From the NCBI RefSeq assembly GCF_058153355.1, contig NZ_CM177019.1: a DNA stretch of 64,000 nt, one strand, 5' to 3'. A program made the translations under genes and the position numbers. This document shows positions 11,520-21,339 of this stretch, in pieces; within the stretch, counting starts at the first letter, position 1, and every line of letters begins with the position of its first letter. The notes below the pieces were generated by a model. It did no database searches. It saw nothing but the letters and a program-made list of their open reading frames with translations, and was not told the DNA's origin.

Positions 11520-12511
11520 TGCCATTACTCGATATTCGTAACCTGACCATTGAATTTAAAACCGGTGATGAGTGGGTTAAAGCCGTCGACCGCGTAAGTA
11601 TGACCTTAACCGAAGGTGAAATCCGCGGTCTTGTTGGCGAATCCGGTTCCGGCAAAAGTTTGATTGCAAAAGCAATTTGTGGGGTGAATAAAGATAACTG
11701 GCGTGTTACTGCTGACCGTATGCGTTTTGATGATATCGATTTGCTGCGTCTCTCCGCACGCGAACGGCGCAAGCTGGTTGGTCACAACGTGTCGATGATT
11801 TTCCAGGAACCGCAGTCGTGTCTTGACCCTTCAGAACGTGTGGGTCGCCAGTTGATGCAAAACATCCCAGCCTGGACCTATAAAGGCCGTTGGTGGCAGC
11901 GTTTTGGCTGGCGCAAACGCCGTGCCATTGAACTACTGCACCGTGTGGGGATTAAAGATCACAAAGATGCGATGCGCAGTTTTCCCTATGAGTTGACCGA
12001 AGGTGAATGTCAGAAAGTGATGATAGCCATTGCACTGGCGAATCAACCGCGTCTGCTGATTGCTGACGAACCGACAAACTCAATGGAGCCAACAACCCAG
12101 GCGCAAATTTTTCGCCTGTTGACGCGTCTCAACCAAAACAGCAATACCACTATTTTGCTTATCAGCCATGACTTACAAATGCTTAGCCAATGGGCGGATA
12201 AAATTAACGTGCTTTACTGCGGTCAAACGGTGGAAACCGCGCCAAGCAAGGAGTTGGTGACAATGCCACATCATCCTTATACCCAGGCGCTGATCCGCGC
12301 GATACCAGACTTCGGCAGCGCGATGCCGCATAAAAGTCGCCTCAATACGCTGCCCGGCGCTATCCCACTGCTGGAACAGTTACCGATTGGGTGTCGTCTG
12401 GGGCCGCGTTGCCCGTATGCACAACGAGAATGCATTGTGACGCCACGTTTGACGGGGGCGAAAAATCATCTCTATGCCTGTCATTTCCCGCTGAACATGG
12501 AGAAAGAGTGA
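11519..12511 (+). CDS. sapD: Sap ABC transporter ATP-binding protein
   Basis: 330 aa; Walker A GESGSGKS; start overlaps sapC stop. Confidence 0.92.
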
Positions 12512-12512
12512 G

Positions 12513-13319
12513 ATGATCGAAACGCTGCTTGAAGTGCGTAATTTAAGTAAAACGTTCCGCTACCGGACCGGCTGGTTTCGTCGTCAGACCGTAGAAGCGG
12601 TAAAACCCTTGAGCTTTACGCTACGTGAAGGCCAGACACTGGCGATCATTGGCGAGAATGGTTCTGGTAAATCCACGCTGGCAAAAATGCTGGCGGGAAT
12701 GATAGAACCTACCAGCGGCGAGTTATTGATTGACGATCATCCGCTGCATTTTGGCGATTATTCCTTCCGCAGTCAGCGTATTCGCATGATTTTTCAGGAT
12801 CCTTCGACCTCGTTAAATCCCCGTCAACGTATCTCGCAAATTCTGGATTTTCCACTGCGTCTGAACACCGATCTGGAACCTGAACAGCGTCGCAAACAGA
12901 TTATTGAAACGATGCGTATGGTTGGGCTGCTACCGGATCACGTCAGTTACTATCCGCATATGTTGGCACCCGGGCAAAAACAGCGTCTGGGGCTGGCGCG
13001 CGCGCTGATATTGCGCCCAAAAGTCATTATTGCCGATGAAGCCCTCGCCTCACTGGATATGTCGATGCGTTCGCAGTTGATTAATCTGATGCTGGAATTA
13101 CAGGAAAAACAGGGCATTTCGTATATTTATGTTACCCAGCATATCGGAATGATGAAGCACATTAGCGACCAGGTGCTGGTGATGCATCAGGGAGAGGTTG
13201 TCGAGCGAGGTAGTACTGCGGATGTGCTCGCCTCTCCGCTGCACGACCTCACTAAACGACTGATTGCCGGTCATTTTGGCGAGGCATTGACGGCGGATGC
13301 GTGGCGTAAGGACCGTTAG
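12513..13319 (+). CDS. sapF: Sap ABC transporter ATP-binding protein
   Basis: 268 aa; Walker A GENGSGKST. Confidence 0.92.
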   Translation: MIETLLEVRNLSKTFRYRTGWFRRQTVEAVKPLSFTLREGQTLAIIGENGSGKSTLAKMLAGMIEPTSGELLIDDHPLHFGDYSFRSQRIRMIFQDPSTSLNPRQRISQILDFPLRLNTDLEPEQRRKQIIETMRMVGLLPDHVSYYPHMLAPGQKQRLGLARALILRPKVIIADEALASLDMSMRSQLINLMLELQEKQGISYIYVTQHIGMMKHISDQVLVMHQGEVVERGSTADVLASPLHDLTKRLIAGHFGEALTADAWRKDR

Positions 13320-13326
13320 TGTTTTG

Positions 13327-13365
13327 CACCTCATCCTGACAGGCCCCCCCCCTCAGGATGAGGTG
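13327..13365. terminator. bidirectional intrinsic terminator hairpin between sapF and the convergent MFS gene
   Basis: 13 bp arms cacctcatcctga / tcaggatgaggtg around a C-run loop. Confidence 0.7.
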
Positions 13366-13369
13366 TTCA

Positions 13370-14533
13370 TTACTTTTGATTGTCGATTCTGGTGAGAGCA
13401 ACCAGCAATGCCAGCGTATAACACACCGTAATTGCCAGACTCATTTTTAACAGTGTTTCTCCGCCAATTCCCGACAATGGCGCGGCTATACCGCCGAAGA
13501 CAAACATGCTCATCCCCATCAACGCAGACGCCGTTCCAGATTCCTGCGTCCCTACTGCACTCATAGCCTCTGCCCCGCCAACAGTGCCGATGCCGCTACA
13601 AAATGCGATGGTGAAAAATAATGCCACCAGTGCCGGAATGGGCAATTGTACCCATGCGCATAAGACCGTGAGCAATGCACACAAAATTGCCGCTATCAGG
13701 CCACCTCGCAACAATGTCATCGCGTTAATCCGTCGCGCCAGGCGCGAGAAGATCCATGAAGCAATGATAAGTCCGATGCCGTTAAGGCCAAACACCAGGC
13801 TAAATTGCATTGGACTAAAGCCAAATTCCTTCTGCAACACGAACGACGAAGAGCCGATATACGCAAACAAACCGGCCAGCATAAAACTTTGAATCAGGCA
13901 AAAGCGCATAAAAAGGCGGTTCTGCACCACGCTTCGTCCGGTTAATAGCAATGATGAGCCCCTTTTATTTTCTGGCAAGGTCTCATTAATAAATAACAGG
14001 CAGCCCAGCAACAGTACGGTGCTAATTTCAGCCATTACCCAGAATAAAGTGCGCCAGTCAAAAGTGCTAACAATGTACCCGCCCAGCACTGGCGACAACA
14101 CCGGTGCCAGGCCATTCACCGTCATTAACAGCGCAAAAAACTGGGTCAACGTTACTCCCTGATATTTGTCACGAGCAATAGAACGAGAGAGCACCGAACC
14201 ACCCGCCCCCGCGATCCCTTGAATAAAACGCCAGACCACCAGCCAGTAAATATTGTTCGTTGTCGCGCACAAAATGGAAGAAACAATAAACAATAGCAAC
14301 GACAAGATTAACGGACGTTTACGCCCTATTTTGTCGCTCAGAGGGCCAAATAACAGTTGTCCGACGCCAAGACCGATCAGTGATGCAGTCAGGGTTAATT
14401 GCGTTATGGTCGTGGTTGCCGCCAGTTGCTCAGACATCTCCGGCAAAGCCGGCAAATAAAGATCGGTACACATCGGGCCGATACCGGCTAAAAGACCAAG
14501 AATCAATGCCCATGAAAGAGAGACTCTAGCCAT
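13370..14533 (-). CDS. MFS drug:H+ antiporter, DHA1 (Bcr/CflA-like) family
   Basis: 387 aa, about 12 hydrophobic segments; MFS signature GPLSDKIGRKRP; starts 9 bp after the OMF stop. Confidence 0.8.
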   Translation of the reverse strand: MARVSLSWALILGLLAGIGPMCTDLYLPALPEMSEQLAATTTITQLTLTASLIGLGVGQLLFGPLSDKIGRKRPLILSLLLFIVSSILCATTNNIYWLVVWRFIQGIAGAGGSVLSRSIARDKYQGVTLTQFFALLMTVNGLAPVLSPVLGGYIVSTFDWRTLFWVMAEISTVLLLGCLLFINETLPENKRGSSLLLTGRSVVQNRLFMRFCLIQSFMLAGLFAYIGSSSFVLQKEFGFSPMQFSLVFGLNGIGLIIASWIFSRLARRINAMTLLRGGLIAAILCALLTVLCAWVQLPIPALVALFFTIAFCSGIGTVGGAEAMSAVGTQESGTASALMGMSMFVFGGIAAPLSGIGGETLLKMSLAITVCYTLALLVALTRIDNQK

Positions 14534-14541
14534 ATTATTCC

Positions 14542-15915
14542 TTACTTGAGTGATGACATGCCGCCGCCCAGCGACTGCCAGAGCGTGATTCGGTTTGTAA
14601 AATCAGTCAGTTGCAGTGCCAGCAGCTCCTGCTGTGCGCTCCACAAGCTGCGCTGCGCCGTCAACACGGTCAGGTAATCACCAACACCCGCCTGATAGCG
14701 ACGCAAGCCAACATCGACCGTTTGTTGCTCAGCTTTAACATACTGGCGCTGTGCATCCAGTTGCTCTTCAAGCGTGGTCCGCCGCGCCAGTGCGTTAGCG
14801 ACATCTTTAAATGCGCTCTGAACGGTTTTTTCATAGGTGGCAATGAGCCCACGCTTTTGTGCTTCTGCGTAACGAAGCTGCGCCAGATTACTTCCGCCAG
14901 TGAACAGCGGTAATGTGACCGATGGTGCAAATGACCAGATCTGCATTCCGTGGCTGAACAACGACGACAATGCGTCACTGCCCACACCGGCACTGGCAGT
15001 CAGCGAAATCGTCGGGAAAAAGTTAGCCCGCGCCGCGCCAATATCTGCATTGGCGCTCTTCAAATTATGTTCCGCTTCCTGGATATCCGGGCGACGCAGC
15101 AGAACATCAGATGATACTCCCGCAGGAACCAGACTTATCATTTGTTCCGGCAGGCTTTCCAGTGTTCCCGGTAGCAGATTTTCCGCAAGCGTTGTACCTG
15201 CCAGTAAGTTCAGCGCATTTTTATCCTGCATCACTTGTGTCTGATAGCTGGCAACGCTGGCGCGCGCTTGCTGATAAACACTCATCGCCTCACTGACATC
15301 TGTCGCTGCCGCCGTGCCAACCTGTTGCTGGCGCTGGATAATTTTCAATGAGTTTTCTGCACTGGCCATCGTTTCTTTTGCCAGGGCCAGGTTGCTGTTA
15401 TCGGCCGCCAGTGTCAGCCAGGCGGTGCTGATTTCAGCAATCAGCGTTAAACGAGTGTTCTGGGCTGTAAATTCACTGGCAAGCCAGGTTTCCCGCGCCG
15501 CCCGAGATAAACTCTGATTACGACCAAACAGATCTAACGTATAACTGGACACCGTGCCGTCAGCCTCGGCAGTTGTTCCCGTACCATTCGCCAGCGAACG
15601 ACTGCGAGTCGAACTTAAGGCCGCATTCACCGTCGGAAATAACGACGCATTAGTTTGCCCATAGAGCGCCCGTGCTGAGTCAATATCAGCAATCGCTTTT
15701 TGCACATCGCGGTTACTGTTCAGTGCAATGGTTACTACCTGCTGCAATCGGGGATCGTGAATCACCTGCTGCCAGTCATGGCTGATTGCCTTCCCCTGGC
15801 CCTGTGCTCCCGGCAAGGTCGCCGGGATTGGGGATTCAGGCGTACTGTAGTGAGGATCGAGCGAGACACATCCCGCACTCAACAACACCAGAAAAATAAG
15901 AGAACGACGCAACAT
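14542..15915 (-). CDS. outer-membrane efflux lipoprotein, NodT/OprM family
   Basis: 457 aa; lipoprotein signal MLRRSLIFLVLLSAGC; OMF-like repeats; 4 bp after the RND stop. Confidence 0.85.
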   Translation of the reverse strand: MLRRSLIFLVLLSAGCVSLDPHYSTPESPIPATLPGAQGQGKAISHDWQQVIHDPRLQQVVTIALNSNRDVQKAIADIDSARALYGQTNASLFPTVNAALSSTRSRSLANGTGTTAEADGTVSSYTLDLFGRNQSLSRAARETWLASEFTAQNTRLTLIAEISTAWLTLAADNSNLALAKETMASAENSLKIIQRQQQVGTAAATDVSEAMSVYQQARASVASYQTQVMQDKNALNLLAGTTLAENLLPGTLESLPEQMISLVPAGVSSDVLLRRPDIQEAEHNLKSANADIGAARANFFPTISLTASAGVGSDALSSLFSHGMQIWSFAPSVTLPLFTGGSNLAQLRYAEAQKRGLIATYEKTVQSAFKDVANALARRTTLEEQLDAQRQYVKAEQQTVDVGLRRYQAGVGDYLTVLTAQRSLWSAQQELLALQLTDFTNRITLWQSLGGGMSSLK

Positions 15916-15918
15916 AAC

Positions 15919-18900
15919 TTACTCCTGACGGCGCGGTTTACCGGCAAACAAACGTTTCACCAGTACAAAAAACAGAGGAACGAAGAAAATGGCCAGTAAT
16001 GTAGCGGTCAGCGTGCCGCCAATAATGCCCGTACCAATGGCGATGCGGCTGTTCGCCCCTGCACCGGTTGCTATCGCCAGCGGCATTACCCCCGCAATAA
16101 ACGCCAGCGAGGTCATGATGATTGGGCGTAAACGAGTCTGCGCCGCGCGTAATGCCGCACGACTCAAGGAATAACCCTCTGCAACCGCCGCTTCAGCAAA
16201 TTCCACAATCAGAATGGCGTTTTTCGACGACAAGCCGATAGTAGTTAATAGCGCTACCTGGAAGTAAACGTCGTTGTTTAAATCACGCATCCAGGCCGCC
16301 AGCGCCGCGCCAAGAAGCCCCAGAGGGATCACCAGAATGACCGAGAACGGGACTGACCAGCTTTCGTACAGTGCTGCAAGGCAGAGGAAAACCACCAGAA
16401 TAGAAACTGCATACAGACTTAATGCCTGACCGCTCGCCAGTTTCTCCTGCAATGACAAACCACTCCAGGCCCAGGTTGTTCCCGCAGGAAGACTGTTTGC
16501 CAGTTCCTCCATTTTTGTCATTGCATCGCCGGAACTAAAGCCAGTCGCGTTTTCGCCCTGAATTTCATAGGCTGCCGAGCCGTTGTAGCGCACCAGTCTT
16601 TCCGGTCCATACTGCCAGCGGGTGGTCGCAAAAGCAGAGAATGGTGTCATGGCGTTATCGCTACCGCGCACAAACCATTTACCTAAGTCTGACGGCGCAG
16701 AACGAAATTCGCTGTCGCCCTGAATGTAGACTTTTTTCACACGACCACGGTCAATAAAGTCATTCACATAAGTACCGCCCCACGCACTGGACAGGGTGTC
16801 GGTGACATCATTCAAACTCAACCCTAATGACACCGCTTTATTGCTATCAATATCTACCTGCAATTGCGGCATTTGTGGCAAATCATTGGCGCGTACAGAA
16901 TGTAACTCCGGACTTTGATTCGCTTTTTCTATCAACTGATTACGCATTTGCAGCAGTGTTTCACGATCGGTTCCACCGTTAGCTAACAATTCAAACGTAA
17001 AACCATTGCTTTGGCCCAGCCCATCAACGGCTGGCGGCGTCATCGCAAATACCGTCGCATCACGAATTGTGCCCAGCTCTTTGGTAGCCCGTAGGGCGAT
17101 AGCCTGGGCGGTGTTTTCTGCCCCTTTACGTTGAGACCAGTTTTTCAACGAAACAAACGCCATCCCGGTGTTCTGTCCGCTGCCGCTAAAACTGAAACCA
17201 TCAACGGTAAAAATGACATCGGTATTTGCTTTCTCGTTAATCAGGAACCAGTCAACAATCTGGCGATTCACTTCTGCTGTACGGGCAGCGGTCGCCCCGG
17301 CCGGCAGCGTGTACTGCACCATGATTTCGCCCTGGTCTTCAGTGGGTAAGAAACTGCCCGGCAGTTTCCACATCATCAGGGCCATTCCACCACCCAGCAC
17401 GACATAAAGCCCCATCGTTCGGGCTGCACGGCGCAGGACATAAATTACGCCTCGCTGATATTTATCTTCAGTACGGCGGTAAAAGCGGTTAAATGCGCCG
17501 AAAAAGCCTTTTTTATGTGGCGGAACATGCTGGAGGACGGAACCGCACAGGGCGGGAGTCAAGGTCAATGCCACCACCACGGAAAGCAGCATTGCGGAGA
17601 TGATGGTGATGGAGAACTGACGATAAATTACGCCCGTAGATCCCCCAAAGAAGGCCATCGGCAGGAATACGGCTGACAACACCAGCGCAATGGCAACCAG
17701 TGCGCCAGAAATCTCGCCCATTGATTTTTCCGTGGCTTCACGCGCGGGCAACCCTTCGTCACGCATAATGCGTTCGACGTTCTCCACCACCACAATGGCA
17801 TCGTCCACCAGCAAGCCGATCGCCAGCACCATTGCAAACAACGTCAGGGTATTAATCGAATAGCCAAACAACGCAAGAACGCCGAATGTGCCCAGCCAAA
17901 CGACGGGGACAGCTAACGCCGGAATCAGTGTGGCACGCAGGTTTTGCAGGAATAAATACATCACGCAAACCACCAATACGATGGCTTCAAACAGCGTCTG
18001 AATTACGTCCTCTACGGAGATTTTAATAAATTCAGTGCTGTCTTTCGGGTATGCGATGTCGTATCCCTGCGGCATGTTCCGCTGGAATTCGGCAATCTTA
18101 TCCTTGACCAGCGTCGCCGTATTCAGCGCATTCGCACCGGGCGAAAGCATTACAGCAACCCCGGCAGACGGGTGACCGTTAAGTTTGCCGATAGCGGTAT
18201 AATCTTCACTGCCCATCTCAACGCGAGCCACATCTTTTATACGAACAACTGCGCCGTCTGACTGGCTTTTCACGATAATATTTTTGAACTGATCCACCGT
18301 CTGCAAGCGAGACTGCGCACGTACCGTTGCGGTCAGTTGCTGAGTATCCGGTGAAGGCAATGCCCCTATTTTCCCGGCAGTAACCTGCACGTTTTGCGCT
18401 TCAATAGCACTTTGCACGTCTGAAGGCATCAGCGAGTAAGACGCCAGTTTGGCCGGGTCGAGCCAGATGCGCATAGCGTATTCCGCGCCAAAGACTTGCA
18501 GACTCCCCACACCTTCAACACGCGCCAGGGGGTCCTGAACGTTACTGACCAGCCAGTCGGCGATATCCGAACTGGAGGCTTTGTCAGTGGTGTCATACAC
18601 GGCAGCAATCAGCAAAAAGTTGCTTTGTGATTTCTCCACCGTAACACCCGTTTGCTGCACTTCGCTGGGTAGGCGCGACTCCGCCTGCTGAATTTTATTC
18701 TGCACCTGAACCTGTGCAGTATCTGGATCGGTACCTTGTTCAAAGGTCACATTAATACTGACCGAACCATCAGAGCTACTGGTTGAGCTGAAATAGAGTA
18801 AATTATCAAGCCCAGTGAGTTGTTGCTCGATAACCTGAGTCACGCTGTTCTCCAGCGTTTCGGCAGAAGCACCAGTATAAGTGGCTGAAATTTTAATGGT

Positions 18901-19026
18901 CGGCGGTGCAACGTCAGGATATTGCGCGACGGGTAATGTGCGAATAGCCAGAATCCCCGCCAACATAATCAAAATGGCGATAACCCAGGCAAAGACCGGG
19001 CGGCGAACAAAAAAGCGCGAAAACAT
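15919..19026 (-). CDS. RND multidrug efflux permease, HAE1 (AcrB/MexB-like) family
   Basis: 1035 aa; N-terminus MFSRFFVRRPVFAWVIAILIML typical of AcrB-type pumps; 12-TM with two large periplasmic loops. Confidence 0.9.
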   Translation of the reverse strand: MFSRFFVRRPVFAWVIAILIMLAGILAIRTLPVAQYPDVAPPTIKISATYTGASAETLENSVTQVIEQQLTGLDNLLYFSSTSSSDGSVSINVTFEQGTDPDTAQVQVQNKIQQAESRLPSEVQQTGVTVEKSQSNFLLIAAVYDTTDKASSSDIADWLVSNVQDPLARVEGVGSLQVFGAEYAMRIWLDPAKLASYSLMPSDVQSAIEAQNVQVTAGKIGALPSPDTQQLTATVRAQSRLQTVDQFKNIIVKSQSDGAVVRIKDVARVEMGSEDYTAIGKLNGHPSAGVAVMLSPGANALNTATLVKDKIAEFQRNMPQGYDIAYPKDSTEFIKISVEDVIQTLFEAIVLVVCVMYLFLQNLRATLIPALAVPVVWLGTFGVLALFGYSINTLTLFAMVLAIGLLVDDAIVVVENVERIMRDEGLPAREATEKSMGEISGALVAIALVLSAVFLPMAFFGGSTGVIYRQFSITIISAMLLSVVVALTLTPALCGSVLQHVPPHKKGFFGAFNRFYRRTEDKYQRGVIYVLRRAARTMGLYVVLGGGMALMMWKLPGSFLPTEDQGEIMVQYTLPAGATAARTAEVNRQIVDWFLINEKANTDVIFTVDGFSFSGSGQNTGMAFVSLKNWSQRKGAENTAQAIALRATKELGTIRDATVFAMTPPAVDGLGQSNGFTFELLANGGTDRETLLQMRNQLIEKANQSPELHSVRANDLPQMPQLQVDIDSNKAVSLGLSLNDVTDTLSSAWGGTYVNDFIDRGRVKKVYIQGDSEFRSAPSDLGKWFVRGSDNAMTPFSAFATTRWQYGPERLVRYNGSAAYEIQGENATGFSSGDAMTKMEELANSLPAGTTWAWSGLSLQEKLASGQALSLYAVSILVVFLCLAALYESWSVPFSVILVIPLGLLGAALAAWMRDLNNDVYFQVALLTTIGLSSKNAILIVEFAEAAVAEGYSLSRAALRAAQTRLRPIIMTSLAFIAGVMPLAIATGAGANSRIAIGTGIIGGTLTATLLAIFFVPLFFVLVKRLFAGKPRRQE

Positions 19027-20147
19027 CAGGCATTGCCTCCATTAGCCTGAACTTCAACAGCCTTGACGGTCTGCCCTGAAGTGACTTTGGCAGAACCTTC
19101 AACAATCAGTCGGTCGCCGTTGTGCAGGCCGTTCAGCACCAGCCATTTATCACCATACGTTTCTCCCGTTTCGAGCGTTCGCTGCTCTACTTTATTGTCT
19201 TTATTCACCACCAGCGCAGTTGCATTGCCTTTAGCATCGCGCGTAACGCCCTGTTGAGGCGCGAGAATAGCGTTTTCCATCACGCCTTCATCGACACGAG
19301 CGCGAACAAACATTCCCGGTAATAACTGCTGTTGTGGATTGGGGAAAATTGCCCGTAATGTCACCGAACCGGTAGACTCATCCACCGCGACTTCGGTGAG
19401 TTCCAGACGCCCTTTTTCGCTGTAGGTTGTGCCATCTTCCAGAATAAGTGAGACGCTCATGGTGTCACTGTTGGTCGCCAGTGACTGTTTACGCAGACGT
19501 AATAAATCGACACTGGAGCGAGTGAGGTCGACATACATTGTATCCAGACCACGAATAGTCGTTAACGCTGTATCCTGCGACGCGGTCACCAGTGCGCCAG
19601 GGGTTACCGACGAAATACCAATACGCCCCGAAATCGGTGCGGTTACCGTGGTCCAGTCAAGATTAATGCGCGCAGTTTCCAGTGCGGCTTTTTTCGCCTC
19701 TACACTGGCTTTATCTTGTGCACAGGTAGACTGAGCATCATCAGCATCCTGTTGTGAAACACCATTCTCTTTCACCAGTCGGGCATAACGCTGCGCTTTC
19801 TGGCAATCGGCTTTTACCAGTGCCTGTGCTTGTTGTAATGCTGCCCGGGCTTCATTCCATGCAGCCTGATAACTGGCCGCATCAATCTGGTAGAGAGGCT
19901 GTCCAGCCTTGACCAGATCACCTTCCTTAAATAAGCGTTTCTGGATAATTCCCCCAACTTGCGGACGTACTTCAGCACTGAGCGCAGCACTGGTGCGTCC
20001 GGTTAATTCACTGACTACCGAAACCGGTTGAGATTTGAGCGTAACAACGCCGACTTCTGTTTCTGACGGGGATGAATTGTTACTTTGCGTATTATCACAA
20101 CCCGATAAGAGCAGCATTGCCACTACAGATGTTGCTATATACTTCAT
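19026..20147 (-). CDS. RND periplasmic adaptor (membrane fusion protein) lipoprotein
   Basis: ORF 19026..20180; start at MKYIATSVVAMLLLSGC (lipobox); stop overlaps the RND start. Confidence 0.85.
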   Translation of the reverse strand: MKYIATSVVAMLLLSGCDNTQSNNSSPSETEVGVVTLKSQPVSVVSELTGRTSAALSAEVRPQVGGIIQKRLFKEGDLVKAGQPLYQIDAASYQAAWNEARAALQQAQALVKADCQKAQRYARLVKENGVSQQDADDAQSTCAQDKASVEAKKAALETARINLDWTTVTAPISGRIGISSVTPGALVTASQDTALTTIRGLDTMYVDLTRSSVDLLRLRKQSLATNSDTMSVSLILEDGTTYSEKGRLELTEVAVDESTGSVTLRAIFPNPQQQLLPGMFVRARVDEGVMENAILAPQQGVTRDAKGNATALVVNKDNKVEQRTLETGETYGDKWLVLNGLHNGDRLIVEGSAKVTSGQTVKAVEVQANGGNA

Positions 20148-20231
20148 TATTTTCTCCAGGGTGAGAAATACCCTCCTCATTGAAATTAATGAGGATATGT
20201 CAGGGATATTCAGTTATAACGAACCCGCATC

Positions 20232-20247
20232 GCGAAATGAATTTCGC
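20232..20247. promoter_or_regulatory. 7-2-7 inverted repeat gcgaaat-ga-atttcgc upstream of the adaptor gene; candidate TetR operator
   Basis: Read directly; lies between the tetR terminator hairpin and the adaptor start. Confidence 0.45.
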
Positions 20248-20257
20248 AATGAAATAA

Positions 20258-20275
20258 GGGGGATTAATATCCCCC
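20258..20275. terminator. hairpin gggggat-taat-atccccc, T-rich on the minus strand; candidate tetR terminator
   Basis: Perfect 7 bp stem about 20 bp after the tetR stop (minus strand). Confidence 0.5.
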
Positions 20276-20295
20276 GCTATTGGTTAATTCTGTTC

Positions 20296-20862
20296 TTATT
20301 TATTTATCAACATACTAACAATATCCTGATATATTTCCTGCAGATGTTGTGGATCGCTTTTTTGCGGTGTTAAACGACGATAAACCGTACCTTCCATCAT
20401 GGTAGCAAACACTTCAACGCAGCAATGAATGTGATCGTCGCTAAGATGGGGATGCATTCTTTTCATATGTGCACAACCGTTAGCGAACATTCTGGCGTCA
20501 GCTTCTTCAAGCATTGCCATAACCCGCGGGTTGCGTGTGGCTTCTGCAGCCACTTCCAGCATCAGCGCGTCGTCGTCCTCATTTAAGGATTTACGCAAGG
20601 CAAGGACTTCCGGGAAGTGATCGGTACGCGCGTCAATGTCCATTTGGGCAATACGAAAGTCGATGATACGGCGAACCATCTCTTCAATAATGGCGTCTTT
20701 GTTGGCGAAGTAACGATATATCTGACCCACGCTAAGCTGAGCTTCGCTGGCAATTTGCGACATACTGGCGGCATGAAATCCGCAGCGACGAAAACACCGA
20801 CGGGCGGCGTTAATGATTTCATCCTGACGCTGTTTGTGGCGTATCTCCAGCTTGCTGGTCAT
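20296..20862 (-). CDS. TetR/AcrR-family transcriptional regulator
   Basis: ORF 20296..20961; start at MTSKLEI with AGGAG 7 nt upstream; HTH region AARRCFRRCGFHAASMSQIASEAQLSVGQIYRYF. Confidence 0.8.
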   Translation of the reverse strand: MTSKLEIRHKQRQDEIINAARRCFRRCGFHAASMSQIASEAQLSVGQIYRYFANKDAIIEEMVRRIIDFRIAQMDIDARTDHFPEVLALRKSLNEDDDALMLEVAAEATRNPRVMAMLEEADARMFANGCAHMKRMHPHLSDDHIHCCVEVFATMMEGTVYRRLTPQKSDPQHLQEIYQDIVSMLINK

Positions 20863-20887
20863 TTCTGTCTCCTGGCCTATCACTTGG

Positions 20888-20905
20888 TGAGAATGATCAT
20901 TCTCA
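20888..20905. promoter_or_regulatory. 18 bp perfect palindrome tgagaatgatcattctca, 26 bp upstream of the tetR start; candidate autoregulatory operator
   Basis: Read directly on the sequence. Confidence 0.4.
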
Positions 20906-21339
20906 TTTTTGCTAATTATACGTTTCTCCAAAGTAATGGAAAGTATTTTTATCTTATTCATGGTGCATATTCTGATAATGAAGAGATTGTGGAGATTCTG
21001 TGAAGATAGTTGACAATATTAAGTTGGGGTCAATTCATCAGAAAGGCAGCGACTTGTTGTCGCCAGTTCTGTTTTCATCATCAAACTTATCGGAGCTAAT
21101 ACGAATAGTTTCATAGTCAGATTCTATAAGATATTTCCCCAACCTACCCCTTGCAGGCGTCAAGAGTAGATAACGCAAAATGCTCTGTACCGCAGCTTCT
21201 CTCCGGTACAGAAAGCGCAACTATAGCCACCCACAGCCAGGTTGATTATAATAACCGTTTATCTGTTCGTACTGTTTACTAAAACGACGAATCGCCTGAT
21301 TTTCAGGCACAACAAGCATCAACAATAAGGATTAAAGCT

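Noticed and set aside
20296-20961. Long N-terminal extensions offered by the ORF track (TetR here; also puuC, puuD, puuA, puuP, pyrF, ribA, topA, yciO, trpH, yciG, yciF, ompW, tonB, yciI, kch, yciW)
   Set aside because: In each case an internal start reproduces the known N-terminus, a signal peptide or an RBS, and the extension would run through promoter or operator sequence. Shorter starts were used.
21038-21220. 60 aa minus-strand ORF between tetR and fabI, considered as a possible ycjD remnant
   Set aside because: Too short, AT-rich, no RBS, and I cannot recognise any ycjD-like sequence. Left uncalled.
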